DNA of 64,000 bases from Mobula hypostoma (taxonomy: Eukaryota), in the NCBI RefSeq assembly GCF_963921235.1, contig NC_086097.1:204974001-205038000 (forward strand), given 5' to 3'. The position numbers and the translations under genes were made by a program. The notes under the pieces are model-generated. The model made no database searches. It had not been told where the DNA came from and was given only the letters and a program-made list of their open reading frames with translations. This document shows, in pieces, positions 40,140 to 50,686 of this stretch. Positions within the stretch are counted from its first letter, which is position 1. Each line of letters starts with the position of its first letter.

Positions 40140-40503
40140 CAAGGCTGATGTCAGCATAGCGCTGAGGGAATGCTGCACTCAAAAGTGCTATCTTCCAACT
40201 GAGATGATAATCTGTGGTCCCAAGTGTTCTCATGGTTGGGCACAAAAGGCCCTATGATGATATTTTGAAGGCGTGAACCACCCCATATATCCTTCCAGAT
40301 ATTTATGCCTCATTCAATGCAGCTGAAAAAGATTATCAGGCTAAAATAACATTATTGCATTTGGAGCTTGCAGTGTACAAATTAAAGGTTGGGCTTTCCA
40401 TATTTATAATATTGACTAGGCTTCAAAAGTATCTCACTGTTTATAAAATACTCTGAAATGAGCAGCTGCTGTGAAATGTATGGTTAATTGCAATGCTATT
40501 TCT
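40140..40503 (+). mobile_element. Ancient DeuSINE (SacSINE1/AmnSINE1-like)
   Basis: ctgagggaatgctgcact, atatttatgcctca, gattatcagg, ggagcttgcagtgtacaaatt and cttcaaaagta occur in the order of the SacSINE1-type consensus as I recall it. Confidence 0.65.
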
Positions 40504-41879
40504 TCGGTTTGATCTTCCTCCTCCTTTCCCTTTCTTTAAACAGATTATGTTTTTATTTTGGAAGATGTTTACTTGTGCAGAGTTAATGAGCACAAATTGC
40601 AAGAAATACATAGATCTTGAAAAATGTATTGATTTAAAAAATCTGTACAAGTAAGCATATGGTGAATGAATAGTGGGCATGATCACTTCTGAGCTCCACT
40701 GACGGGGACACAACGTGAGATTCAGGGACCCAAGCAATGGGGAAAAAAGATGCACTAGCATCTAACAGGAAAATCCACAATGTATTCGGTAACTAGCTAA
40801 GGGATCTCAGCACGTTCACTGAGCATGTGGGGGAATCCATTTCCAGCCTGAGTAGTGGCAATTTGCTTGGCTCCAACAGTGTGTTTCTTTTTTTGAGAGC
40901 ATATTGAGGATTGCTGAAGACAACCTTCACAGCTGGAATCTTCATTTGGAGGCTTAACATTCGACTTGTAATCATGTATAATATTCTAATTGAAAAATTC
41001 ATAATTTATTTATCCAATTATTGCTAACAGAGTTTGCATCTATTTGAATTCATAAAATAAATTGTTATGCTATTAAGTTTTAACAACTTCAGGATAACTG
41101 GCTATAGGCAAACATCCACAATACAAACTGAAGGAGCAATACACAATAAAGGAAAATGCTCACTATACACATTAGCATTCTGCTTTATCACAGATGATGT
41201 TACCTGCCACAACTCTTATCATTGCAGCATATTTTACTTGATTGAATATTCAATATTATACACGCTTAGGTTTCTGGAATGCACCTGCAGTTGAGAATTA
41301 ATTTGGGACTATTCCAATCATTATAAGTTCATTGTTACTTTTAACAAATGCTCTTATAAAATTGCCATATATTGGCACACAATAACGTTTAGTTTGCCAA
41401 GATACTTTCTGGATGACTGATTGGCAATTAAATTGAATACAATTGGAAAGTTGAGGTGTTCAGTAATAGGAACAAAACATCTGCTATTTTCCATTAAATT
41501 ATTTCCTGGCAAGTTGGTGCTTTCAAGGATCCAAAAGATTGATTTTACAAGATACATGTACTACCTTTGTCAGCAGATAGCTACTCACACATCCCTACAA
41601 TGATGCACATTACAAATTCCTGTTATCCTACTATTTTTTTTATTTGAAGACAGAAATATATAGTCAGGATTTATAATCAGATTCAGACATTTCCAGGTTT
41701 AAAATGTTGAATTTCATTTCATCAGATGAATAACAAAGTAATGTTTGTGGTCTGGGTTAGCTCAATAAACAGTGTTGATCATTGAAGTATTTTGGGAAAA
41801 CCGTGCATGCCAAATGATGCAGGTTATGTCATTTCCAGTAGTACAATAGTTTTTTTTTTATTTATGGGGCATGTTTAAA

Positions 41880-42185
41880 TTAGCAAAGAAATGTTCCATG
41901 ATGCATCAACAAGAATCCAGTGATCCTTCTGAGAGGTATTAGAGGGAGGTGATCCAAAGCTTGGTCAAAAAATGTAATTTTAAGTTGTGTCTGTAAGGAA
42001 AACAATAAGGTAGGAACACAGAGGGAATTCCAAATCTTAAGATATTGAGAGCTGAAGGAAGCCAGTTTTGTGTCGGTTGCATTTGGGGCTGCCTGGGTGG
42101 ATAGAATTGGAAGAGTGCAGATGGCTCTGAGTATTGTTGGACAGAGAAAGACTATGGAAGTAGGAAGGAGCAAGACCATAAGGCC
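41880..42185 (-). mobile_element. Old L2-type LINE 3' fragment
   Basis: Minus frame LAPSY...LKIWNSL...LKITFFDQA matches the L2 C-terminus (LWNSLP...LKT.LF.QAF). Confidence 0.65.
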
Positions 42186-42651
42186 AAATACATAGAAACA
42201 TAATAAAAGAAACATGGTAAGCATAACTCACTTAATTAATACTTTGATGCATTTACAGAAAAACTTGATTAAGGCTGAACTCTGAAAATAAATAAGTAGT
42301 CAGCCCTAAGTCCTCTTATACTTGCTCTAATATTCAATTAGATCATTATTTTTTTTTTAATTTTGCCTCAACTCTGCTTTAATCAAACTGAGTTGATGCA
42401 AAAAAAATTAGGGAAATTAAGATATCCCTATAATGCTTAATTTCCCCATGTTACAAAAATTAATCCCCCTCATCTTAGAATATAAATTAGTGGTTTTTCC
42501 CTCACAGTTCTGGCAGTGGAGAATTTCAAAAATTCATAACCATCTGGGGGCAGAAATAACTCCTTGTTCAGTTTGAATGGTGACTACTAATTCTGAAACC
42601 ATGAGATGATTCCTCTCATGATGGGAAACTTTCTATAAAGCCTCCTATGAA

Positions 42652-43005
42652 TTAGAATCAGGTTTAATATCACCGGTATATGTCACGAAATTTGTTAAAT
42701 TTGTGGCAGCAGTACAATGAAATACACGATGATGAAGAGAAGAAGACAATTACAGTAAATTACAGTATTTTCTGAATCATTGAGTGTGTGCCTTCAAGGC
42801 TTCTGTACCTCCTTCCTGATGGTAGCAATGAGGATAGGGCATGTTCTGGGTGGTGGAGGTCCTTAATGATGGATGCTGCCTTTCTGAGACACCCCTCCTT
42901 GAAGATGTTCTGGATACTACAGAGGCTAATGCCAATGATGGAGATGGTTAACTTTACACCTCTACAGCTTACTTCAATCCTGTGCAGTAGCCCCTGCATA
43001 CCAGA
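42652..43005 (-). mobile_element. Rex1/Babar-type 3' fragment
   Basis: ORF 42760..42999 contains CLRKAASIIKDLHHPEHALSSLLPSGRRYRSL. Confidence 0.85.
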
Positions 43006-43029
43006 GTAAAATAAAGTTCTTTTACCTGA

Positions 43030-43580
43030 AGCTCTCTATTCAATTCCGGTTCATTGCACAACACCCAATCTAGAATAGCTGATCCCCCAGTGGACTCAAC
43101 CACAAACTGCTCTAAAAAGGCATTCTAGAAATTCCCCCTCTTGGAATCCAGCACCAATATGATTTTCCCAATCTAGCTGCATATTGAAGTCCCCATGTAA
43201 CATTGCCCTTTTGGCATGCATTTTCTATCTCCCATTGTAATTTAAAGCAACATCCTTGGGGTTCTGTATACGACTCCCAGCATGGTCTTTTTACCTTGCA
43301 GTTCCTTAGCTCTATCCAGAATGATTCAACACCTTCCAACCCTATGTAACTCTTTCTAATGAATTGATTTCACTTTTTACAAACAGAGCAATGTCACACC
43401 CTCTGCCTATCCCATCAATACAATGTGTATCCTTGGACATTAAGCTCACAGCTATAATCTTTCATCCATGATTCAGTGATGCCAAACTGCAACTGCAACT
43501 ATGCTGCAAGTTCATTTACCTTATTCCACACACAGCACACATTCAAATTCAACACCTAATGTCCTGTATTCATCCTATTT
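43030..43580 (-). mobile_element. CR1 endonuclease-domain fragment
   Basis: VESFWIELRNCK peptide; reverse complement of LNLNVC...NKVNEL at ~43510-43555. Confidence 0.75.
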
Positions 43581-43726
43581 GATCATCACCTGGAATTCAC
43601 CACATCAGTAACAGATTACCCAGACAAAAGAGATTAACTATTTAGTCAATGACATATAATTTCACTCCATTACAGACATATCCTCTGCTCTATTCTTTGC
43701 ACTCCCCCATCTATCCTGTAACTTAA

Positions 43727-43907
43727 ACACAAGATTCTGTGGATGCTGGAAATCTTAAGCAACACACACAAAATTTTGGAGGAATTTGGCATACCTGATA
43801 GCGTCAATGGGAGATCATAAACAGTTGACGTTTTGGTTGACATCCTTCATTAGAATCAACCGAACTTACTGTTTTTTTTAGTTCTGATGAAGGGTCTTTG
43901 ACCCAGA
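43727..43907. repeat. Penelope-derived hairpin, left part; split by the Academ insertion and continued at 50810-50880
   Basis: gatgctggaaatcttaagcaacacacacaaaa arm, then gttCTGATGAagggtctttgacccaga. This joins acggttttgtg...gatgctgcataac...tgagtt after 50812. Confidence 0.75.
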
Positions 43908-44034
43908 TAGTCTGTGAGTCGATACCATCTGGGTTGGTCGGTACCATCCGAGGGGAATAATGCTCACAGTGATTTTTGGCAAGGTATACATCTCTAGAGT
44001 TAGAAAATATGTGATAGAATTGCACTAGTGGTAG
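43908..44034. repeat. Academ left TIR
   Basis: tagtctgtgag...ggtaccatc...ggggaataat...agtgatttttggcaaggtataca...tagaaaatatgtgatag...gtggtag is the reverse complement of 50680-50809. Confidence 0.92.
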
Positions 44035-44501
44035 CTTCATTACTTCAAATCAGTAATCACTTTTTGTATATATTTCATATTAACCTCAGTACAGCAGAAA
44101 ATGTTACCCCACCCCCCAAAATGTAAAAAAACCTCATTTGGAGAGATTTCTGGAGTTTTATCAATGTCATGATATTTTCCATATTGTATCAAATCATAAC
44201 AATCTTAAGCTTTTGTCATAGCATATGGAATTACAGTACAATAATTCAAATGTGGGGTTCCGCACGGCCATAACCTAGGCCTCATTTGGTTGTAAAATGA
44301 ATTATATTTAATCAAAGACTGCTTTCCATACTTTGTCCTCCATACTTTCATAACCTATTAATAACCATAATAATTTTCCAAAACTTCCACAATTTCATCT
44401 GAACTTTCCACACTCTCTGAGGTGGATGCCTCGTTCTCACAGTCTGCCAGTCTACACGTGTCAGTACACCTGAGGCCATTTGCAACACACATACATCTTG
44501 G

Positions 44502-45876
44502 CAAACCGCCGCTGTAAGAATAGATGGAGAAGTGAGTCAGTTTACAAAAATCTGATTTATTTGATGTGTACAGTGAAACAATATTCCAAAATATAAGAGA
44601 CATCTTGGGAATCAAAGTTAGCAGTGAAAACATCAATAATTTCAGATATGCAGATGACACTGTGTTAATTGCAAGTACGGAGGAAGAACTACAAAACTTA
44701 ATTTAAAGACTGGATGAACTGGGCTTGTACTCGTTGGAATTTAGAAGATTGAGGGGGGATCTGATTGAAACGTATAAGATCCTAAAGGGATTGGACAGGC
44801 TAGATGCAGGAAGATTGTTCCCGATGTTGGGGAAGTCCAGAACGAGGGGTCACAGTTTGAGGATAGAGGGGAAGCCTTTTAGGACCGAGATTAGGAAAAA
44901 CTTCTTCACACAGAGAGTGGTGAATCTGTGGAATTCTCTGCCACAGCAAACTGTTGAGGCCAGTTCATTGGCTATGTTTAAGAGGGAGTTAGATATGGCC
45001 CTTGTGGCTACAGGGGTCAGGGGGTATGGAGGGAAGGCTGGGGCGGGGTTCTGAGTTGGATGATCAGCCATGATCATAATAAATGGCGGTGCAGGCTCGA
45101 AGGGCCGAATGGCCTACTCCTGCACCTATTTTCTATGTTTCTATGTTTCTATATAATTGTTGAAGAAAGTGCAAAAATGGGTTTATCTATCAATTGCAAA
45201 AGACAGGATGTATGGTGATATCCAAAAAGGAGAAACCTATCTGCAGGCTGAGAATAAATGGGGAAGACTTAAAACAAGTACAGAACTTTTGCTACTTAGG
45301 AAGCTGGGTGACATCAGATGGCAGGTGTGACATGGACATCAAAAGAAGAATAGGGATGGCAAAAGACACCTTTACGACAATGAAGAGTAAACTGACCAAC
45401 ACTAAACTAGGCTTGAGAACCCGCCTCAGAGTATTGAAATGTTACATTTATCCAGTTATGTTATATGGCTTAGAATGTTGGACAGTATCTAGTAACAGGA
45501 GGAAACGAATTGAAGCAACAGAGATGTGGTTTTTGAGGAACATGCAAAGAATATCATGGTCAAAACGAATATCTAACGAGGATGTCATGAACAGAGCAAA
45601 CACAAAAAGAGAAATAATGTATGAGATCATGAAAAGGCAACATAACTTCATTGGACATGTGATTAGGAAAGAGGAGTTAGAATACATGGTAATTATGGGA
45701 AAGATTGAAGGAAAGAAAGCAAGAGGAAGACCAAGACAAATGATGATAGAGACAGCAGGCAGGGAACTGAAAATGAATACCAATGAATTGATCCACTTGA
45801 CCCAAAACAGGAGTGTGTGGGCCATGGCAGTCAAAGCTCAAACTGGGCACAGCACCTGATAATGATGATGATGATG
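44502..45876 (+). mobile_element. RTE-clade LINE, 5'-truncated, inserted in the Academ Cys8 finger
   Basis: NINNFRYADDTVLIA at ~44628-44675; ORF 45194..45859 (FCYLGS...RRIGMAK...GKIEGKKARGRPR); (tga)n tail; 11-bp TSD atacatcttgg (44491-44501, 45877-45887). Confidence 0.92.
44705..45152 (+). mobile_element. Young CR1 3' fragment nested in the RTE
   Basis: ORF 44725..45054 with a (ttctatgt)n tail. It splits the RTE frame ELQNLI | IIVEESAKMGL and is near-identical to the reverse complement of 34979-35427. Confidence 0.93.
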
Positions 45877-46775
45877 ATACATCTTGGGAGTGAACATTTT
45901 TTTGGACAGTTACAGGCCAGTAGATCCAGGATGGCATCAGGTGCTGGCTGGCCTTCCATCCAGTGCACCACCAACTGTTCAGCTTCCTCTTCTCTCTCCA
46001 CCTTCCATCCTCTGCCAACAGGGCTTGGCACTTGTGGGTCCTTCTCCAAACATCATCTCCGTATACCAGCCTGGTAGTTGGCTCACTGTGCATGTGTTGT
46101 TAACCAGTCCTTGCATGAAGGGGGTTGATGACTTTCGATGTCACCTTTTTTAGCACAGAAAAGGTGATACTTGAGCTGATTGACCTTGGTGGTCGATGCT
46201 TTTGGGGCATACAGGAGACATGTAAATGCCTCCAGTTTGTCCATCAGTTCTGGGGACAGGTCTCATTCCTGACTCAGCTCTAAGAATGTATCCTGAGTTT
46301 CCCTGTTGCTGGTCAAAAGTTTTAGGGCACTTGTCTTCCCTTTGCCTGCCAAAGCACTTACAGTGTCACATCCTGTATATGCATGCAACCCGATGAGAGC
46401 CCTACAAACCTCTATGCCAACAGTGGCAGCAACCTTCCTGATGTCTACAAGCCTTGTATGGGTTCTAGTGCCACACTTTTGGAACAGTGGGACCTCAATC
46501 TTGACACAAAATGCTAAAAACATGATAAAGACATCTGTGTCCTCTGAGCAGATCACTACAGATTGGTATCCCTCTCTTGTGGCATGGACAGCATGGAAAA
46601 GTAGGTGGCCATCTGCTTCTTGTTGACACTAAAGAGCTGACACCTCCTCACTGTCTTGAGATGTGATTCTGTGACATTTGTCATTCACAGTGGCATACAA
46701 AATCTTCTCCTGTAACTTTGCTCTGTACTCCGCCTTCCTCCATTCATGAACTATGAAGATAATGAGACTATTTTT

Positions 46776-49483
46776 AGAACCATAGAACCATAGAAACTAC
46801 AGCACAGAAACAGGCCTTCTGGCCATTCTTGGCTGTGCCGAACCATTTTCTGCCTAGTCCCACTGACCTGCACACGGACCATATCCCTCCATACACCTCC
46901 CATCCATGTATCTGTCCAATTTATTCTTAAATGTTAAAAAAGAACCCGCATTTACCACCTCGTCTGGCAGCTCATTCCATACTCCCACCACTCTCTGTGT
47001 GAAGAAGCCCCCCCTAATGTTCCCTTTAAACTTTTCCCCCCTCACCCTTAACCCATGTCCTCTGTTTTTTTTCTCCCCTTGCCTCAGTGGAAAAAGCCTG
47101 CTTGCATTCACTCTATCTATACTCATCATAATTTTATATACCTCTATCAAATCTCCCCTCATTCTTCTACGCTCCAGGGAATAAAGTCCTAACCTATTCA
47201 ACCTTTCTCTGTAACTGAGTTTCTCAAGTCCCGGCAACATCCTTGTAAACCTTCCCTGCACTCTTTCAACCTTATTTATATCCTTCCTGTAATTTGGTGA
47301 CCAAAACTGAACACAATACTCCAGATTTGGCCTCACCAATGCCTTATACAACCTCATCATAACATTCCAGCTCTTATACTCAATACTTTGATTAATAAAG
47401 GCCAATGTACCAAAAGCTCTCTTTACGACCCTATCTACCTGTGACGCCACTTTTAGGGAATTTTGTATCTGTATTCCCAGATCCCTCTGTTCTACTGCAC
47501 TCCTCAGTGCCTTACCATTAACCCTGTATGTTCTACGTTGGTTTGTCCTTCCAACGTGCAATACCTCACACTTGTCAGTATTAAACTCCATCTGCCATTT
47601 TTCAGCCCATTTTTCCAGCTGGTCCAAGTCCCTCTGCAGGCTCTGAAAACCTTCCTCACTGTCTACTACACCTCTAATCTTTGTATCATCAGCAAACTTG
47701 CTGATCCAATTTACCACATTATCATCCAGATCATTGATATAGATGACAAATAACAATGGACCCAGCACTGATCCCTGTGGCACACCACTAGTCACAGGCC
47801 TCCACTCAGAGAAGTAATTCTCTACCACCACTCTCTGGCTTCTTCCATCGAGCCAATGTCTAATCCAATTTACCACCTCTCCATGTATACCTAGCGACTG
47901 AATTTTCCTAACTAACCTCCCATGCGGGACCTTGTCAAAGGCCTTACTGAAGTCCATGTGGACAATATCCACTGGCTTCCCTTCATCCACTTTCCTGGTA
48001 ACCTCCTCGAAAAACTCCAACAGATTGGTCAAACATGACCTACCACGCACAAAGCCATGTTGACTCTCCCTAATAAGCCCCTGTCTATCCAAATGCTTGT
48101 AGATTCTGTCCCTTAGTATTCCCTCCAATAACATACCTACTACTGACGTTAAACTCACGGCCTATAATTTCCCGGATTATTTTTCGATCCTTTTTTAAAC
48201 AACGGAACAACATGAGCCACTCTCCAATCCTCCGGCACTTCACCCGTAGACAGCGACATTTTAAATATTTCTGCCAGGGCCCCCGCAATTTCAACACTAG
48301 TCTCCTTCAAGGTCCGAGGGAACACCCTGTCAGATCCCGGGGATTTATCCACTTTAATTTTCCTCAAGACAGCAAGCACCTCCTCCTTTTCAAACTGTAC
48401 AGTTTCCATGGTCTCACTACTTGATTCCCTCAATTCCATAGATTTCATGCCAGCTTCCTTAGTAAATACAGACGCAAAAAACCTATTTAAGATCTCCCCC
48501 ATTTCCTTTGGTTCCGCACAAAGCCGACCACTCTGATCTTCAAGAGGACCAATTTTATCCCTTACAATCTTGTAATGCTTGTAATAGCTCTTTGGATTAT
48601 CCTTCACTTTGACTGCCAAGGCAACCTCATGTCTTCTTTTTGCCCTCCTGATTTCTTTCTTAAGTATTTTCTTGCACTTCTTATACTCCTCAAGCACCTG
48701 ATTTACCCCCTGTTTCCCAAACATTTCATACAACTCCCTCTTCTTCTTTATCAGAGTTGCAATATCCCTTGAGAACCAAGGTTCCTTATTCCTATTCAAT
48801 TTTCTTTTAATCCTGACGGGAACGTACAAACTCTGCACTCTCAAAATTTCCCCTTTGAAGGCTTCCCACCTACCAATCACATCTTTGCCAGAGAACAACC
48901 TGTCCCAATCCACGCCTTTTAGATCCTTTCTCATTTCTTCAAATTTGGCCTTCTTCCAGTTCAGAACCTCAACCCTAGGACCAGATCTATCCTTGTCCAT
49001 GATCAAATTGAAACTAATGGTGTTATGATCACTGGAACCAAAGTGCTCCCCTACACAGACTTCTGTCACTTGCCCTAATTCGTTACCTAACAGGAGATCC
49101 AATATTGCATCCCCTCTAGTTGGTCCCTCTATATACTGATTTAGAAAACTTTCCTGAACACATTTTACAAACTCTAAACCATCTAGACCCCTAAAAGTAT
49201 GGGAGTCCCAATCAATGTATGGAAAATTAAAATCCCCTACCACCACAACTTTATGTTTCCTGCAGTTGCCTGCTAACTCTCCGCAGATTTGCTCTTCCAA
49301 GTCTCGTTGACTATTGGGTGGTCTGTAATACAATCCCACTAATGTGGCCATACCTTTCCTGTTTCTCAGCTCCACCCATAGGGACTCAGGAGACAAGCCC
49401 TCTAATCTGTCCTGCCTGAGCACTGCTGTAATATTTTCCCTAACAAGCAATGCCTCTCCCCCACCTTTCATTCCTCTGCCTCT
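46776..49483 (-). mobile_element. Young CR1, 2.7 kb, 5'-truncated within the endonuclease, inserted in the Academ ORF
   Basis: YYRPP, VGDFN, ILDL and SDHN endonuclease motifs; RT motifs QHGF, GVPQGSVLGP and FADD; (ttctatgg)n tail at 46776-46795. Confidence 0.96.
46854..48158 (-). CDS. CR1 reverse-transcriptase frame (434 aa), separated from the upstream ORF by a 1-bp deletion
   Basis: Open frame with the RT motifs through to the natural stop; actcacggcc here versus actcaccggcc in the sister copy at ~347-357. Confidence 0.7.
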   Translation of the reverse strand: MSLTSVVGMLLEGILRDRIYKHLDRQGLIRESQHGFVRGRSCLTNLLEFFEEVTRKVDEGKPVDIVHMDFSKAFDKVPHGRLVRKIQSLGIHGEVVNWIRHWLDGRSQRVVVENYFSEWRPVTSGVPQGSVLGPLLFVIYINDLDDNVVNWISKFADDTKIRGVVDSEEGFQSLQRDLDQLEKWAEKWQMEFNTDKCEVLHVGRTNQRRTYRVNGKALRSAVEQRDLGIQIQNSLKVASQVDRVVKRAFGTLAFINQSIEYKSWNVMMRLYKALVRPNLEYCVQFWSPNYRKDINKVERVQGRFTRMLPGLEKLSYRERLNRLGLYSLERRRMRGDLIEVYKIMMSIDRVNASRLFPLRQGEKKNRGHGLRVRGEKFKGNIRGGFFTQRVVGVWNELPDEVVNAGSFLTFKNKLDRYMDGRCMEGYGPCAGQWD

Positions 49484-50686
49484 GACTTTGGTCAGGAAGC
49501 TCCTCCACTGCCTCACCATCTGTGTGCCTGTGGTACCTTGCAACTCATGAACAGTCTCTTCACCCCATAGAGACCTTTCACTATTCTTGATAGAATTCTC
49601 CTTGTATGTGTCAAACACAACATCTATTCTGCTATTCTGACTGCCTTCCCTCAGAGCTATACCCAGAATTGTTGTGGCAACATCTCTGAACGTAACTTGA
49701 TCATCTTTCACTCTTCGGACCAAGTTCATTCCATCAATCACTGTAGCAGAGTTTCCTGGGAGTTGCTCTTCTACTGCTACATTTTTCTGCAAGGTTGTGG
49801 CTAAAGTAGCTTTATTTGTCTTTCTCGGCAATCCTTCTGGCGTAGACAGGGCCCAGGGCAATGGCCCAAGGAGATGAGAAAGGACATCCTCCATATGTAG
49901 TCTGCGCCCTTGTGCCATCACTATGATGTGTCCAAACAAAGACCTGTCTGCTTCCAAGATGATCATCCTCTCATTTGATTTCAGTTCTTTCTTCTTACAC
50001 ATATCACTGAATGTTTTCAGCTTGTTGGTTTTCATTGGGTCATGGAATTTCTTTGCTGGTGGGTCTTCCTCTAGTCTCTCATCCTTGAAGGTTGCATAGC
50101 ATTGCTCATCATTCTCAAATGCCTTCATCAAGTCAGAGGCAATGTCCTTGGGGGATGCCTTTGCCGTAGAGACGCTAATGAGGTCCCAATTCTCTGCAAA
50201 TGGGTTGACCCATTCATGTATGAGGCTAACCACTGCTGAAACTGCTTCCTCATCTTTCTGGATTCTTCGCCACTGAAGCACCGCATGACAAAGCGCTGAT
50301 TTGTTGCCTTGCACCATCTCCCTTAACTGTCCCAGGAATGCACTGTGGTGCTCAGCTGTTATGTAGTAACGCTTGATAGCTCCAGCATTCAGGCTGAACC
50401 ATAATGTGCCTCCAGGAGTCTGTGTGTCTTTGTTCACTGTGGCTTCAATAGCCTGGTCCACAGGGATCTGCCCAAAGGGGTTGTTACTTGACAGCTGCAC
50501 TGAGAATTGGCCTGTCTTGAAGGCTTCATACACAGAAGGATTCTTCTCTGGGAGGTTCATCATTTGAGCAAAGTAAGGGGACAGGTACCTGGCATAATTC
50601 GTCTTATCATAGGCAAAGCACCATGGGATCATGGTTCTTATAGCATGGAGGTGCAACTCCCAGTCCCCCTCACAGAAATCTACCAC
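48155..50686 (-). CDS. Chimeric open frame, 843 codons: Academ transposase C-part/XPG N-part (401 codons) + CR1 EN/linker (442 codons); expression unknown
   Basis: GDWELHL, FAYDKTNYARY, DQAIE, VIDGM and RIDVVFDTY...IKNSER, then an in-frame junction WRSFLTKV|RGRGMKGGG at 49484/49483. The annotated start is a GTG inside the TIR; the first ATG is at ~50632. Confidence 0.55.
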   Translation of the reverse strand: MVDFCEGDWELHLHAIRTMIPWCFAYDKTNYARYLSPYFAQMMNLPEKNPSVYEAFKTGQFSVQLSSNNPFGQIPVDQAIEATVNKDTQTPGGTLWFSLNAGAIKRYYITAEHHSAFLGQLREMVQGNKSALCHAVLQWRRIQKDEEAVSAVVSLIHEWVNPFAENWDLISVSTAKASPKDIASDLMKAFENDEQCYATFKDERLEEDPPAKKFHDPMKTNKLKTFSDMCKKKELKSNERMIILEADRSLFGHIIVMAQGRRLHMEDVLSHLLGPLPWALSTPEGLPRKTNKATLATTLQKNVAVEEQLPGNSATVIDGMNLVRRVKDDQVTFRDVATTILGIALREGSQNSRIDVVFDTYKENSIKNSERSLWGEETVHELQGTTGTQMVRQWRSFLTKVRGRGMKGGGEALLVRENITAVLRQDRLEGLSPESLWVELRNRKGMATLVGLYYRPPNSQRDLEEQICGELAGNCRKHKVVVVGDFNFPYIDWDSHTFRGLDGLEFVKCVQESFLNQYIEGPTRGDAILDLLLGNELGQVTEVCVGEHFGSSDHNTISFNLIMDKDRSGPRVEVLNWKKAKFEEMRKDLKGVDWDRLFSGKDVIGRWEAFKGEILRVQSLYVPVRIKRKLNRNKEPWFSRDIATLIKKKRELYEMFGKQGVNQVLEEYKKCKKILKKEIRRAKRRHEVALAVKVKDNPKSYYKHYKIVRDKIGPLEDQSGRLCAEPKEMGEILNRFFASVFTKEAGMKSMELRESSSETMETVQFEKEEVLAVLRKIKVDKSPGSDRVFPRTLKETSVEIAGALAEIFKMSLSTGEVPEDWRVAHVVPLFKKGSKNNPGNYRP

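Larger units (their letters stand above)
44358..46775 (-). pseudogene. Academ ORF C-terminal half (XPG/PIN C-part + Cys8 zinc finger), interrupted by the RTE at 44502-45876
   Basis: After removing the RTE and one TSD copy, a single frame reads KNSLIIFIVHEW...QEADGHLLFHA...SEDTDV...LHAYTGCDTVSALAGKGK...ANYQAG...GRGW...LLACNCPKKCSLPRCMCVANGLRCTDTCRLADCEN. Premature stops at 46629-31, 46263-65, 46083-85 and 46053-55. Confidence 0.88.

Noticed and set aside
44358..44660. Cys-rich ORF suggesting a tesmin/CXC or metallothionein-like gene
   Set aside because: It is antisense RTE sequence fused to the second half of the Academ Cys8 finger.
48155..50686. Treating the 843-aa ORF as a single native LINE protein or host gene
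   Set aside because: The N-terminal 401 codons continue as Academ sequence at 46775 on the far side of the CR1 and lie within TIRs, so it is an insertion chimera.
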